64,000 nucleotides of DNA. It comes from Thermodesulfobacteriota bacterium. GTDB taxonomy: Bacteria; Desulfobacterota_D; UBA1144; Nemesobacterales; Nemesobacteraceae. Location of the stretch: the NCBI GenBank assembly GCA_965207685.1, contig OZ242294.1, forward strand, positions 1,027,896-1,091,895, read 5' to 3'. Below the pieces are notes generated by a model that was not told the DNA's origin, did no database searches, and was given only the letters and a program-made list of their open reading frames with translations. Each line of letters begins with the position of its first letter. The first letter of the stretch is position 1. Below are positions 19,878-30,609 of this stretch, in pieces. Made by a program: the position numbers and the translations under genes.

Positions 19878-21308
19878 TCAACCACTATCAACAATATTCG
19901 TTCGGATGGCTGAGGATTTTTTCGAAGCCCGAAACCTCAACCATTCCCAAACAAGAAGAACCCACACGGGCGCAAACTCTATCCATATCACTGCATCTCC
20001 GAATATTCCACCTTGCTCGGGGTGAGAAAGGAAATAGTACTGAAGGTAATAAAGCGGGAGCAGAGCGGTCAGCGCAAGGAAACCCGGGCTTGGAGCTATG
20101 CAGAGAAACGGAAGAAGCCAAGTGTAGTACCAAGGAAACTGTGCTGGGGCAAGCAGAAACACACCTCCGATTATGAGAAGCGCTTTTCTGTGGAGACCTA
20201 AAGATTTGCATACAAACGCCACGTAAAACTTCCAGAGAAGAAAAATCGCGACAAGACCGATTCTTGAATGTTTCTGCGCATGTCCGGGGTGAATATCAAA
20301 CGCCTCCAGAATAAACTCCCACCCCGAAAGAACCGCCGTGAAAAACGGGCTGTTGTTCTGCCAGCTTTTTCCGTACGCCACGATGCCGGAAGTCGAATCC
20401 AGCTTAAATACAACCATGGGGAGGAATATGATTAAGACCGCGATGGCGAAAATAAAGACTTGCAGAAGCGTTCGCCGTTTTTCCTTAAGGGGGTTTAAAA
20501 ATATTCCGAAGAGAAGCACCGGCCAAAGCTTGACTCCCACCGCGAACGAAAGGACGAGCGTCCAGAGTCTTTTTCTTTCGCAGAGAAAAAGCAGGATCGC
20601 TCCCAGTACGAACGGAAACGCCAGGACGTCCATGTGCAGGGAGTTGAATATTTCCTTTACCAGAAGTGGGTTCCACCAGTAGATAATGGAATATTGACGA
20701 GGGATGTCGAGCTTCTTAAGACTGGCAAACAGAAGCACTAGCGTAACCAGATCAAACACCATGAGCAGAATCCTCCACGCCGTGATGCCCATGGGAGATA
20801 TTTTGTAGGATATGGCGAAGAAGAGTTCCGCGATAGGCGGATAGATGGTTTTTACGTGAGGGTGGTTCACTTTCTCAAGCGTATCGCCGTAGAGGTGCTT
20901 GAGTTCCTTAAGTTTTTCGTTTCCCCCGCCTTCCGCCACTTCTTCCGGGGAGTGCTCGTAGGGATTCATTCCGTTTGCAACAACGGCGCCGTCCCAGAAG
21001 TAGCGGTGATAGTCGTTTTCAAGTATCGGGGTTGAGAAAAGAAACAGAGCGCGGAACCCGAGACCGAAAAGAACTATGAGAAGAAGCGAGCACGCGCGGT
21101 TTTTTCTGAAACCTCCCACCGCCACGAAGTAAACAGCCGAGGCGGCAACCAGAAGCGATATGAAAACCGGTATCAGGTCTTTCTCAAAAGCCCCGGAGGA
21201 GAGCCCGGGGGAGATCTTGGCAATAGCTCCAAGCAGGAGAAAAACGGCTGTTCCGCACAGAAGAAGGAGCCGGTCCGGTTTATTGATTTTCCGCATCAAT
21301 AGGTACAA
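19878..21308 (-). CDS. Polytopic membrane protein, GT-C-type glycosyltransferase-like (ArnT/PMT/DUF2029-like)
   Basis: 476 aa with at least 10 predicted TM helices. An acidic/aromatic motif (ILENDYHRYFWDG) sits in the first periplasmic loop, as in GT-C glycosyltransferases. The family assignment is tentative. Confidence 0.4.
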   Translation of the reverse strand: MYLLMRKINKPDRLLLLCGTAVFLLLGAIAKISPGLSSGAFEKDLIPVFISLLVAASAVYFVAVGGFRKNRACSLLLIVLFGLGFRALFLFSTPILENDYHRYFWDGAVVANGMNPYEHSPEEVAEGGGNEKLKELKHLYGDTLEKVNHPHVKTIYPPIAELFFAISYKISPMGITAWRILLMVFDLVTLVLLFASLKKLDIPRQYSIIYWWNPLLVKEIFNSLHMDVLAFPFVLGAILLFLCERKRLWTLVLSFAVGVKLWPVLLFGIFLNPLKEKRRTLLQVFIFAIAVLIIFLPMVVFKLDSTSGIVAYGKSWQNNSPFFTAVLSGWEFILEAFDIHPGHAQKHSRIGLVAIFLLWKFYVAFVCKSLGLHRKALLIIGGVFLLAPAQFPWYYTWLLPFLCIAPSPGFLALTALLPLYYLQYYFLSHPEQGGIFGDAVIWIEFAPVWVLLVWEWLRFRASKKSSAIRTNIVDSG

Positions 21309-21348
21309 TTACAAAAATAACATTCCATTCGGTTCGGAATCCCGGAAG

Positions 21349-21891
21349 ATGAACAAGAGCAGAGAAAAATTAAAACTAATTCTAAAAAGCAAATCAATCC
21401 TGCTCGGAAATTTCACTCTGGCGTCGGGAAAACAGAGTTCCTACTACATTGACGCCAGGCACACGACACTCGACCCTGAAGGCGCCCACCTGATATCGGA
21501 GATATTTCTGGACGAAATCGCCGCTCGGGGAGACGTAACGGCCGTCGGAGGACCGTCCTCGGGCGCCGATCCGATGGTGGGAGCCATCATCTCCAGAAGC
21601 TATCAGCGAGGCATGCCGCTTCGCGGATTCATAGTAAGAAAGAAGGAAAAGGAACACGGGACCGGAAACATGATAGAGGGCGGACTTACCCAGGGAGACA
21701 GCGTAGCCATAGTTGAGGACGTGATTACGACCGGCGGTTCCGTTCTAAGAGCCATCGATCTTGTCGAATCCGCCGGAGCCGAGGTCCGCGGGGTTCTCTG
21801 CGTCGTCGACAGGGGAGAAGAGACAGAAAAAGCCTTCCTTGAACGGGGCTGTAGCTTTTTCTCCATATTCAGGGTTTCGGAACTTCTCTAG
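21349..21891 (+). CDS. pyrE: Orotate phosphoribosyltransferase
   Basis: MNKSREKLKLILKSKSILLGNFTLASGKQSSYYID... and the PRPP-binding VAIVEDVITTGGS. Start at ATG 21349, not the upstream ORF-track extension. Confidence 0.9.
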   Translation: MNKSREKLKLILKSKSILLGNFTLASGKQSSYYIDARHTTLDPEGAHLISEIFLDEIAARGDVTAVGGPSSGADPMVGAIISRSYQRGMPLRGFIVRKKEKEHGTGNMIEGGLTQGDSVAIVEDVITTGGSVLRAIDLVESAGAEVRGVLCVVDRGEETEKAFLERGCSFFSIFRVSELL

Positions 21892-21991
21892 AAAACTCCA
21901 CGCAAAACTCTTTTGTTTTTCACACAAACCGGAATGATATTTGGTTTTTACGTAATTACTGTCGCCTATATTTAGGCGGGGAGAGGATTTA

Positions 21992-22999
21992 TTGAGCGTT
22001 TTACTTGTTGTAACACTTGTGCTTTCGGCATTTCTGGCCCTTAACATAGGAGCCAACAATTCCGCAGCGTCCATGGCGACATCGTACGGTGCCGGCGTAA
22101 GGTCGAAAAGACAGGCCGTATGGCTTATAGCTATCTTTGCTCTCCTCGGAGCGCTTACGGCCGGAGCTCCCGTGGTGGAGACCGTAGGCAAGGGAATAGT
22201 GCCGGCCGAGACCCTCTCTTCCGATATAGGCTTCATATTTATAATTCTGCTTCTCGGGATAGGTTTCATCGTCTGGGCGAATATAGTCCGCACGCCTATA
22301 GCCACCACCCACGCCATAGTGTGCGCCATAGTGGGAATCGGTCTTTATACTCAGACACTTAATTCCGACAGCTTCATCCGGGTGCTCAAATGGTGGATTC
22401 TGGCGCCGATAGTCGCCTGGTTAATAAATTTCGCCGTGGCAAAGTTTTTCTATTTCAAGATAGTCCATTACCTCGCAAGTAATTTCTCGGAGAAGAGAGT
22501 CAACGTCATCCTGACCGTGCTGATTACCATATCCGGAACTTTTATCGCCTTTTCGGGAGGCGCCAATAATTCCGCAAACGCCATAGGGCCGATAGTAAGC
22601 CTGGGGCTGATAGACTCCTATCCGGGCGCAATTCTTGCCGGTGTCGCAATGGGGGTGGGAGCAATTCTGCTGGGAGGCAGAGTTCTTGAGACCCTAGGGA
22701 AAAAAATAACGGAGATATGCATAATAAGGGCTATCTCGGTCGAGTTTACGGCTGCGGTAATAATACTGCTCGCCTCTTTATACGGAATTCCGGTTTCGAT
22801 CGCCGAGATAGTAACAGCCGGAGTTGTGGGTTTTTCGTGCGCGCAGCACGGATTTGTCCAGACTTCCAAAAACAGCCATGTTGTAAAAATCGGTTTTTTC
22901 TGGTTTGTTGTTCCTGTGATAACCGTAGGGGTAAGTTATTACATATCCCTCGTATATATAAAATACGGCTTGTCGTCGTATCTGAGTTTTCTGGGTTAA
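21992..22999 (+). CDS. Inorganic phosphate transporter, PiT family
   Basis: The PiT signature GANNSAASMATSYGAG appears twice (LNIGANNSA... and SGGANNSANAIGP), in a multi-TM protein. Confidence 0.85.
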   Translation: MSVLLVVTLVLSAFLALNIGANNSAASMATSYGAGVRSKRQAVWLIAIFALLGALTAGAPVVETVGKGIVPAETLSSDIGFIFIILLLGIGFIVWANIVRTPIATTHAIVCAIVGIGLYTQTLNSDSFIRVLKWWILAPIVAWLINFAVAKFFYFKIVHYLASNFSEKRVNVILTVLITISGTFIAFSGGANNSANAIGPIVSLGLIDSYPGAILAGVAMGVGAILLGGRVLETLGKKITEICIIRAISVEFTAAVIILLASLYGIPVSIAEIVTAGVVGFSCAQHGFVQTSKNSHVVKIGFFWFVVPVITVGVSYYISLVYIKYGLSSYLSFLG

Positions 23000-23728
23000 A
23001 TGAAATTTTCTGAAAAAGACGTAAAGAATCTCAATCACGAGTTTGAGCGAAGTTCTCCTGAGGATATCCTCGCCTGGGCTTCTGCGAACCTCGACCGCTC
23101 GGTGGCGCTCGCGACCAGCTTTCAGGTCCAGGGCATGGTGCTTGTCGACATGTTCGCAAAGGCAGACCCCGGGGCGAGAATCTTCACTCTTGATACCGGG
23201 AGGCTTCATTCCCATACGTATGACATCATGGACAGGACAAGAGAAAAGTACAATATCAGCATCGAGGTGCTTTTCCCCGATACGGCTGAAGTGGAGGAAA
23301 TGGTGACCAGCCGCGGGATAAATCTTTTTTACAAAAGCGTCGAGAACAGAAGGCTCTGCTGCCAAGTGCGAAAGACCAACCCGCTGAACGGATACTTAAA
23401 GACACTCGACGCCTGGATTACTTCCATAAGGGCGGACCAGACGGAGCAGCGGGCAGACTCAAGCAAGTTTGAAATTGACTACCTGCACGGAAAGATGCTC
23501 AAGATAAACCCTATTCTCGATTGGACCACCGACCAGGTATGGGACTACGTAAGGAAAAACGACGTTCCCTATAACAAGCTTCACGACATGGGATATCCAA
23601 GCATAGGGTGCGCCCCCTGCACGAGAGCCGTAGAGGAGGGAGAAGACCCGAGGGCCGGCAGGTGGTGGTGGGAACAGGGCTCGGACAAAGAATGCGGAAT
23701 TCACTTCAGTCACGAACCGCAGTCCTAA
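23000..23728 (+). CDS. cysH: Phosphoadenosine-phosphosulfate / adenylyl-sulfate reductase (thioredoxin-dependent, Fe-S type)
   Basis: PP-loop ATP-pyrophosphatase-like fold, a C-terminal ECGIH motif, and Cys pairs CC...CxxC (LCCQVRK, SIGCAPCT) typical of APS-type reductases. Confidence 0.85.
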   Translation: MKFSEKDVKNLNHEFERSSPEDILAWASANLDRSVALATSFQVQGMVLVDMFAKADPGARIFTLDTGRLHSHTYDIMDRTREKYNISIEVLFPDTAEVEEMVTSRGINLFYKSVENRRLCCQVRKTNPLNGYLKTLDAWITSIRADQTEQRADSSKFEIDYLHGKMLKINPILDWTTDQVWDYVRKNDVPYNKLHDMGYPSIGCAPCTRAVEEGEDPRAGRWWWEQGSDKECGIHFSHEPQS

Positions 23729-23744
23729 AGAGCCGCATGCGCTC

Positions 23745-24842
23745 TCAGGTTCTCTGTCGCAGATTCTTTTTCACAATCGGAAGAACTTCTTCTTTGAGCA
23801 GCCTCATTGATTTCTGCCATTTTTCCTTCGGGTTCCACTCGTGCCCCATGGCCAAGAGCACCCCGAATCCCCCGACGAATTCATGAAGCTCGATTATTTG
23901 CCGGGCGACATCCTCGGGACTTCCCACAAGCCACAGGTTTTCGATCATGTAATCTATGGTCACCTCCCGGTCCGACATTGACTTGTCAACCTTAAACAGA
24001 TTCAGGTTGTTTCTTATCATGGGAACCAGGGTGAAAAAATAATCCCGGAAATCTCTTGCGAGCGTGCCCTCTATTACCTCTTTTCTAGCCTCTTCGGTTG
24101 TCTCCGCGACGTAGACATCCCTTGCGATTCTCCATTTCACCCTCTCCGGCGTTCTGCCGGCGGTCTCTGCGCCCTGCTGATACCCTGCCCAGTGAGATTT
24201 AAGCACGTCTGGGATAACGAAGTTTATGCTCATAGGTATCCAGTCACGTTCCCCGGCTGTCCTGAGGCTCGCAGAGTTCTCCGAGATTCCCGCAACCGCT
24301 ATAGGAGGATGAGGTTCCTGGTAGGGTTTCGCATGCACTCCGAGACCGACCCTTTCCACGGGGTCGGGAACGGTGAACTTCCACCGGGAGTTAGCATATA
24401 CACCCGGGTGCGGATCGTTCCAGATATTAAGTATCATCTCAAGGGACTCGTTCATAAGCTGTCTCTGCTCCCCTGTTTTCGGGTTTATGCCGAACGCTTC
24501 AAAATCTCCAAGGAAACTTCCGGCACCAACTCCCCAGTAGAATCTTCCCTTAAGAAGATGGTCGAGAACCGCAATTCTGTGCGCAAGCATAAAAGGGTCA
24601 TGCTGAGGCAGGCATGAAACTCCCGTACCGAAGATTATCTGCTTAGTCAGAGCGGCAGCTTTGGCTATGAAAAGATCGGGGGCCGGTATGTTCTCCCAGC
24701 CCGCCGTGAAGTGCTCCCCTATCCAGGCTTCCTTGAAGCCGATTTCATCAAGAAAAACCATCTGCTCCATGTCCGTTTCGAGGGTATCGGAAAGGGAAGA
24801 GCCGAATGGATGAAGAGGCATAGTGAAATATCCAAGTTCCAT
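23745..24842 (-). CDS. LLM-class (luciferase-like) flavin-dependent oxidoreductase
   Basis: MELGYFTMPLHP...MVFLDEIGFKEAWIGEHF...AVLDHLLKGRFYWGVGAG matches the luciferase-like monooxygenase family. Start chosen at ATG 24840-24842. Confidence 0.8.
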   Translation of the reverse strand: MELGYFTMPLHPFGSSLSDTLETDMEQMVFLDEIGFKEAWIGEHFTAGWENIPAPDLFIAKAAALTKQIIFGTGVSCLPQHDPFMLAHRIAVLDHLLKGRFYWGVGAGSFLGDFEAFGINPKTGEQRQLMNESLEMILNIWNDPHPGVYANSRWKFTVPDPVERVGLGVHAKPYQEPHPPIAVAGISENSASLRTAGERDWIPMSINFVIPDVLKSHWAGYQQGAETAGRTPERVKWRIARDVYVAETTEEARKEVIEGTLARDFRDYFFTLVPMIRNNLNLFKVDKSMSDREVTIDYMIENLWLVGSPEDVARQIIELHEFVGGFGVLLAMGHEWNPKEKWQKSMRLLKEEVLPIVKKNLRQRT

Positions 24843-24997
24843 TTCCGAAACATTATACTTCCTTTGAACATAAAAAGAGAATAATTTGCGAGCGACCCAG
24901 GTCCGTAAAGTTTGGCAATTATGAGTGGTATGTAGTAATATGATACGGATTTTTAACATTAGAGAGCACTAAGTTTAAGTAAGGAGGAAGCATTACA

Positions 24998-26209
24998 ATG
25001 TCTAAGAACCTTCCGGGCATACAGGAGACCCGAGAACTTCTGAAGAAGAAAAAAGTTGTTATCGCCGGGGTGGGCGAAACCGAACAGGGCAAGATCCCGG
25101 ATAAAAGCTCCTTTCACTTCCTGAGCGAAGCCTCGAAGCTTGCGATTGAGGACGCGGGGATTAAAAAAGACGACGTGGACGGCCTGGTAACGGCCTTCTC
25201 CCTCGTTGAGCACACGTTCATGCACTGCACAACCTTTGCAGATTACTTCGGCATGAACCCGAGGTTTTTCTCCTCGGTAGCCGTGGGGGGAGCAACGGCG
25301 GTGTGGATGGTTGCCGAGGCGGCCATGGCCATAGCCTCTGGGCAGGCTGAAGTGGTACTCTGCGTAAGGGGGGATAACACCCTCTCGGGGATATCCTCTT
25401 CGGGGATGCTCGCGCTTATAAGGGAGATGTGTCACGCGGAGTTTGAATTCCCCTACGGACTCACGACTCCGGGGGGATACGCGCTTGCGGCGCAGAGATA
25501 CCTGCATGACTGGGGCGCCAGAAGAGAACACCTTGCGGCGGTGGCAGTAACGATGAGAAAGCACGCCGCGGATAAAGAGAACGCAATGAACAAGGACCCA
25601 CTGTCAATAGAGGACGTCCTTACCTCAAGGGTAATAGCCGAGCCCCTTACAAAGTATGACTGCTCGATTATCTCTGACGGAGGAGCCGCTTTCATAGTCA
25701 CAACGGAGGACAAGGCAAAGGAGCTTGGGATAGAGAACGACCTTGCGTACCTGTGGGGAATGGGACAGGGATACTCCCACCAGTACCTGACAACCCTTGA
25801 GAACCTCGACCAGATATACAACGCTGTTGAAAGGTCGGGGGAGAAAGCGTTCAGCACGGCGGGGATAGAACCCAGGGATGTTGACATAGCGTTTCTATAT
25901 GACTGCTTCACCATAACGGTGCTGCTTGAACTTGAGGGACTTGGGTTTGTTCCCAAGGGAGATGGAGGAGCGTTTGCGCTTGAGGGAAGAATGGAGATAG
26001 GGAAGGACCTTCCGGTGAACACTCACGGGGGACTGCTCTCCCAGGCTCACCTGGGAGCCATGCATCATGTGGTTGAGGCCACATTGCAGTTAAGGGGAGA
26101 CGCGGGGTCAAGGCAGGTAGAGGATCCCGAGGTAGCGGTTGTGCATGGAAACGGCGGGATAGTGTCTGCTCACAGCACGGTGGTACTTGGGAACCAGCCT
26201 ATTAACTAA
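24998..26209 (+). CDS. Thiolase-family protein (SCP-x-type thiolase)
   Basis: The thiolase-fold catalytic Cys region is VVIAGVGETEQGKIP...C. The C-terminal half carries catalytic His residues (VNTHGGLL...H). It is paired with a downstream DUF35 OB-fold gene. Confidence 0.75.
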   Translation: MSKNLPGIQETRELLKKKKVVIAGVGETEQGKIPDKSSFHFLSEASKLAIEDAGIKKDDVDGLVTAFSLVEHTFMHCTTFADYFGMNPRFFSSVAVGGATAVWMVAEAAMAIASGQAEVVLCVRGDNTLSGISSSGMLALIREMCHAEFEFPYGLTTPGGYALAAQRYLHDWGARREHLAAVAVTMRKHAADKENAMNKDPLSIEDVLTSRVIAEPLTKYDCSIISDGGAAFIVTTEDKAKELGIENDLAYLWGMGQGYSHQYLTTLENLDQIYNAVERSGEKAFSTAGIEPRDVDIAFLYDCFTITVLLELEGLGFVPKGDGGAFALEGRMEIGKDLPVNTHGGLLSQAHLGAMHHVVEATLQLRGDAGSRQVEDPEVAVVHGNGGIVSAHSTVVLGNQPIN

Positions 26210-26232
26210 CAAACAACAAGGAGAACGATAAG

Positions 26233-26658
26233 ATGTCAGAAGAGAAAAAAGAGTATAACAAGCCCTTGCCAGAGTTTCGGCCCGAGACGAAGCCGTTTTG
26301 GGAGGCTGCGAAGGAGCACAGGCTGGTTATCCCGAGATCAAGGGAGACAGGGGAGTTTTTCTTTTACCCCAGGGCTCTTTCCCCCGGAGGGGACATGAGT
26401 GAGGACATAGAGTGGGTTGAGAGCGAGGGTCGGGGGAAGGTGTGGACTTTTTCCATACACCACATGGGACCTTCCAAGGCCTACAAGGGTGAGCCTCCCT
26501 ATGTAGTGGCCCTCATAGAGATGGACGAGGGAGTCAAGATGATGTCCAACGTGGTTGACGTAGACCCCAACGAGGTGTCCATAGGGATGGAAGTGCAGGT
26601 CTGCTTCGATGACGTTACTGATGAGGTCACACTGCCCAAATTCAAACCTGCCGGTTAA
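26233..26658 (+). CDS. DUF35 / Zn-ribbon OB-fold protein (thiolase partner)
   Basis: 141 aa with a rubredoxin-like ribbon plus OB-fold pattern (CxxC region, GKVWTFSIHH). It sits immediately downstream of the thiolase gene. Confidence 0.65.
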   Translation: MSEEKKEYNKPLPEFRPETKPFWEAAKEHRLVIPRSRETGEFFFYPRALSPGGDMSEDIEWVESEGRGKVWTFSIHHMGPSKAYKGEPPYVVALIEMDEGVKMMSNVVDVDPNEVSIGMEVQVCFDDVTDEVTLPKFKPAG

Positions 26659-26672
26659 AAGAGCGGGGACGT

Positions 26673-26987
26673 TCAGTCGTCAAGCTTTATAAGTATGTCG
26701 TCCCCGTCAATCTTTACCGGGTAGGTCTCCAGGGGTTCGACTGCGGGAAGGCAGAGAGCCTCGCCAGTTCTGACGTTGAATTCAGCCCCATGATAACAGC
26801 AGGTGATGCGTTCTCCCTCAAGGTCGCCGTCTGAAAGAGTAAAACACTGGTGGGTGCATTCATCCCGAAAGGCGTAGAAATTCCCCTCTACCCTGCATAC
26901 GGCAACCACATCTCCATCGATGAAAAAAGACTCCACTTCTCCTTCAGCTATGTCTGAGACCTTTGCCGCTTTCTTGTAATCGGACAT
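26673..26987 (-). CDS. Rieske [2Fe-2S] domain protein
   Basis: Rieske boxes CTHQC (CxH) and CCYHGAEF (CxxH). The Met at 26985-26987 has a strong purine-rich RBS and avoids overlap with sufD. It lies downstream of sufBCD in the same operon. Confidence 0.7.
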   Translation of the reverse strand: MSDYKKAAKVSDIAEGEVESFFIDGDVVAVCRVEGNFYAFRDECTHQCFTLSDGDLEGERITCCYHGAEFNVRTGEALCLPAVEPLETYPVKIDGDDILIKLDD

Positions 26988-26991
26988 AAGC

Positions 26992-28338
26992 CTACCCCCC
27001 TTTGCCGTTTTGGAGCCTTTGTTCAAACCATTTCATGACCACACTCTCAAGAGCTTCTCTCACAGAGTCAATTGACATATGCTCTAGGGTCTCACCAGTA
27101 AAAGCCTGAAGCATTATTATTTTTGCCTGTCTCATTGAGACTCCCCTTGAACGCAGGTAAAAAAGGGCTTCTTCATCCATTTGCCCGATCGTAGCGCCAT
27201 GGGTGCATTTTACGTCGTCGTTGTATATTTCAAGCTGGGGCTTAGTGTCTATCTGGGCCGTGTCGGAGAGAAGAAGGTTCCTGTTGGTCTGCTTCGCGTC
27301 TGTCTTCTCGGCACCTTCGTGAACCAGTATCCTTCCGTGAAAAACTCCCTTTGAGCGACCATCAAGTACGCCGTTATAGAACTGGCGGCTGTCGCAATGA
27401 GGACTCGCGTGCTCAACCCGCATGAAGTTATCCATGTGCTGGCGCCCCTCGGATATGAAAAGGCCGTAAATGTCGGAGTTGCACCCTTCCCCAGCCAAGA
27501 CGGGATGAACATTGTTCCTCACTATGGCCCCTCCGCAGAGAACCGAGTGAGAGGCGATGTTGCTGTTTTTCTGCTGATTTACCCTAAGTGTGGAGAAATT
27601 AAACGCCTTCTGGCTTTCAAACTCAAGCCTGTAGTGCTCAAGATTCGCGTTTTCTCCGCAGACAACTTCCGTGACCACGTTTGAGAAATAGACGCTCTGG
27701 GACGCCGACACGTAATGTTCTATTACCTTGGCGGCTGAGCTTTGCCCGACTACGATGAGGTTCCTCGGATTTATGAATAAAGGATGGCCTTCATCTGTCG
27801 ATACGTGAAGGACATGTACGGGTTTTTCGAAGACGGTCCCGTCGGGAACGTAAACAAACGCTCCGTCTTCAAAATAGGATGTATTAAGGGAAATAAACGC
27901 GTCTTTTTCATAATCTGCGTATCTTGCCAAGTGGTCCTTCACAAGATCGCCTTCCTCAGAAATCGCCTCCGACAGGCTTTTTACCAGTATCCCTTTCCCA
28001 ACATCTACAGTGTCTGAAAGGGAAGAGGCGAAACGACCGTTTACAAAGACAAGTCTCAGGCAATCAAGCCCGGGAAACCCGTAGGAATCTAAGGATTTCT
28101 TAGAAACCCCGGAGATTCCATTCTCGGCGATTGAAAAGGAACCTCTTCGAAGTGCCTCAAGATTGGTGAATCTCCACTCTTCGTCAGAAAGCGTCGGAAA
28201 TCCAAGTTCAGCGAATCCTGAAATCGCCTCACGGCGAAGGGTGGTTACCCACTCGGGGGCATCTTTTTGCCCGTCATCGAGAAACTCGGAGAGTCTCTCG
28301 ATGTAACTTTCTCGCGTACCGTCAAAAACAATAGCCAT
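26992..28338 (-). CDS. sufD: Fe-S cluster assembly protein SufD
   Basis: 448 aa of SufB/SufD-family beta-helix, downstream of sufC. Confidence 0.85.
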   Translation of the reverse strand: MAIVFDGTRESYIERLSEFLDDGQKDAPEWVTTLRREAISGFAELGFPTLSDEEWRFTNLEALRRGSFSIAENGISGVSKKSLDSYGFPGLDCLRLVFVNGRFASSLSDTVDVGKGILVKSLSEAISEEGDLVKDHLARYADYEKDAFISLNTSYFEDGAFVYVPDGTVFEKPVHVLHVSTDEGHPLFINPRNLIVVGQSSAAKVIEHYVSASQSVYFSNVVTEVVCGENANLEHYRLEFESQKAFNFSTLRVNQQKNSNIASHSVLCGGAIVRNNVHPVLAGEGCNSDIYGLFISEGRQHMDNFMRVEHASPHCDSRQFYNGVLDGRSKGVFHGRILVHEGAEKTDAKQTNRNLLLSDTAQIDTKPQLEIYNDDVKCTHGATIGQMDEEALFYLRSRGVSMRQAKIIMLQAFTGETLEHMSIDSVREALESVVMKWFEQRLQNGKGG

Positions 28339-28370
28339 AGTATTATGCTCCTTGCAGGCTGCCCCAAGCC

Positions 28371-29105
28371 TTAAAACCCAGCGTAACCTTTTTCCTCAAG
28401 CTCGTGGGCAAGTTCCTTTCCTCCCGATCTTACGATCTTTCCATCAACCATCACGTGGACAAAATCGGGAACTATATAGTTAAGAAGCCGCTGGTAATGG
28501 GTTATCACTATAAAGGAACGTCCAGAGTCCCTCATCGAATTCACCCCGTTTGCCACTATCTTGAGCGCATCTATGTCAAGACCGGAATCCGTCTCGTCAA
28601 GTACCGCCAGTGTCGGTTCGAGTATCTGCATCTGGAATATCTCGTTCCTTTTCTTCTCTCCGCCCGAGAACCCGGCGTTCACGGACCTTTTAAGAAGGTC
28701 TTCGTCAATGCCGAGCGCTTTCATTTTCTCCCTGGCAAGCTTGCCGAACTCAACGTGCTTAAGCGGTTCTTCGTTTCGGTATTTCCTTTTTGCGTTAAGG
28801 GCCTCGCGAAGAAGATAGGTGTTCGCAACCCCCGGGATCTCGACAGGGTACTGGAAAGCCAGAAATATCCCCTCGCACGCCCTCTCCTCAGGCTCAAGAT
28901 CGAGAAGATCCTTGCCCTGAAAAGTTACTTCCCCTTCGGTAACTTCGTAAGCTTCCTTACCCGCAAGAACTTGGGCAAGGGTGCTCTTCCCCGAACCGTT
29001 CGGGCCCATTATGGAGTGAACCTCCCCGGGCGCTACGGTAATATCCATCCCTTTCAGTATTTCCTTGTCATCTACCTGCACATGCAGGTTTTTCACCTCG
29101 AGCAT
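28371..29105 (-). CDS. sufC: Fe-S cluster assembly ATPase SufC
   Basis: Walker A GPNGSGKST, ABC signature LSGGEKKR, Walker B ILDETDSGLD. Confidence 0.95.
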   Translation of the reverse strand: MLEVKNLHVQVDDKEILKGMDITVAPGEVHSIMGPNGSGKSTLAQVLAGKEAYEVTEGEVTFQGKDLLDLEPEERACEGIFLAFQYPVEIPGVANTYLLREALNAKRKYRNEEPLKHVEFGKLAREKMKALGIDEDLLKRSVNAGFSGGEKKRNEIFQMQILEPTLAVLDETDSGLDIDALKIVANGVNSMRDSGRSFIVITHYQRLLNYIVPDFVHVMVDGKIVRSGGKELAHELEEKGYAGF

Positions 29106-29154
29106 GTCTTGCTCCTCCTAAGAATCTTTTTTCAGAATTACGGCGGAACCCTTA

Positions 29155-30591
29155 TTAACCCACGCTTCCCTCAAGACTTACGCTCAGCAGTTTTTCAGCT
29201 TCAACCGCGAACTCAAACGGCAACTCCTTGAAAACTTCCTTGCAGAAACCGTTCACTATGAGCGAAACCGCGTCTTCGGCGGAAAGCCCTCTCTGGCGAC
29301 AGTAAAACATCTGGTCCTCGCCTATTTTAGAGGTAGAAGCCTCGTGCTCCATGTGGGCCGTGGAGTTTCCGACCTCTATATATGGAAAAGTGTGTGCTCC
29401 GCAGCGGTCCCCTATAAGCATCGAGTCGCACTGCGTGTAATTTCTTGCCTTCTCGGCATTTTTACCAATTTTAACAAGTCCCCTGTATATGTTCTGCCCC
29501 TCGCCCGCGGAAATGCCCTTGGAAATAATCGTACTGCTGGTGTTTTTTCCCACGTGAATCATCTTGGTTCCGGTGTCGGCCTGCTGGCGCCTGTTGGTAA
29601 GGGCAACGGAGTAAAACTCCCCGACCGAGTCATCCCCTTCAAGAACGCAGCTCGGGTACTTCCAGGTGATAGCGGAACCGGTCTCGACCTGCGTCCAGGA
29701 GATCCTTGAGTTTCTGCCGATGCATCTTCCCCGCTTTGTTACGAAATTGTATATCCCGCCCTTGCCCTGCTTGTCTCCAGGGTACCAGTTCTGTATCGTC
29801 GAATACTTTATGGTGGCATCATTATGGGCTATGAGTTCAACCACCGCGGCATGGAGCTGGTTCTCATCCCTCTGCGGGGCCGTACAGCCCTCAAGATAGC
29901 TTACGTAGCTGCCCTCATCGGCGATTATAAGAGTTCTTTCGAACTGTCCGGTGTTCTCCGCGTTTATGCGGAAATAGGTAGAAAGTTCCATGGGGCATCT
30001 TACTCCCTTGGGAACATAGACGAAGGAACCGTCCGTAAAGACCGCGGAATTCAAACCCGCATAGAAGTTATCCCCGCGCGGCACGACCGAACCCAAATAC
30101 TTGCGCACAAGATCGGGATATTCCTCCACCGCCTCGGATATGGAGCAGAAAATAACCCCTTCCTCGGCGAGTTTTTCCTTGAAAGTGGTAAAAACCGAAA
30201 CGCTGTCGAAAACCGCGTCAACGGCGACTCCCGCAAGCATCTTCTGCTCCTCGAGCGGAATGCCGAGCTTGTCGTAGGTCTCCTTTATCTCTGGATCTAT
30301 CTCGTCAAGGCTCTTCGGCCTGGGGTTGCTTTTCGGCGCGGCGTAATAGCTTATGCCGTTAAAATCTATTTTCGGATACCTTAGAAAAGCCCACCTAGGC
30401 TCCTTCATCTTCTTCCAGCGCTCATAAGCCCCGAGGCGCCATTCAAGAAGCCATTCAGGTTCGTTCTTCTTCGAGGAGATCATCCTGATTATATCTTCGT
30501 TAAGCCCCCTGGGTGCAATCTCCTGCTCTACATCGGTTACGAACCCGTACTTGTATTCCTCCTGCGCAAGTTTTTCAAGATCAACGCTCAT
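29155..30591 (-). CDS. sufB: Fe-S cluster assembly protein SufB
   Basis: 478-aa SufB with conserved SufB-specific regions ([24 protein letters not shown]). First structural gene after the Rrf2 regulator. Confidence 0.95.
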   Translation of the reverse strand: MSVDLEKLAQEEYKYGFVTDVEQEIAPRGLNEDIIRMISSKKNEPEWLLEWRLGAYERWKKMKEPRWAFLRYPKIDFNGISYYAAPKSNPRPKSLDEIDPEIKETYDKLGIPLEEQKMLAGVAVDAVFDSVSVFTTFKEKLAEEGVIFCSISEAVEEYPDLVRKYLGSVVPRGDNFYAGLNSAVFTDGSFVYVPKGVRCPMELSTYFRINAENTGQFERTLIIADEGSYVSYLEGCTAPQRDENQLHAAVVELIAHNDATIKYSTIQNWYPGDKQGKGGIYNFVTKRGRCIGRNSRISWTQVETGSAITWKYPSCVLEGDDSVGEFYSVALTNRRQQADTGTKMIHVGKNTSSTIISKGISAGEGQNIYRGLVKIGKNAEKARNYTQCDSMLIGDRCGAHTFPYIEVGNSTAHMEHEASTSKIGEDQMFYCRQRGLSAEDAVSLIVNGFCKEVFKELPFEFAVEAEKLLSVSLEGSVG

Positions 30592-30609
30592 TGAGAAAAT
30601 GTCCTCCTG

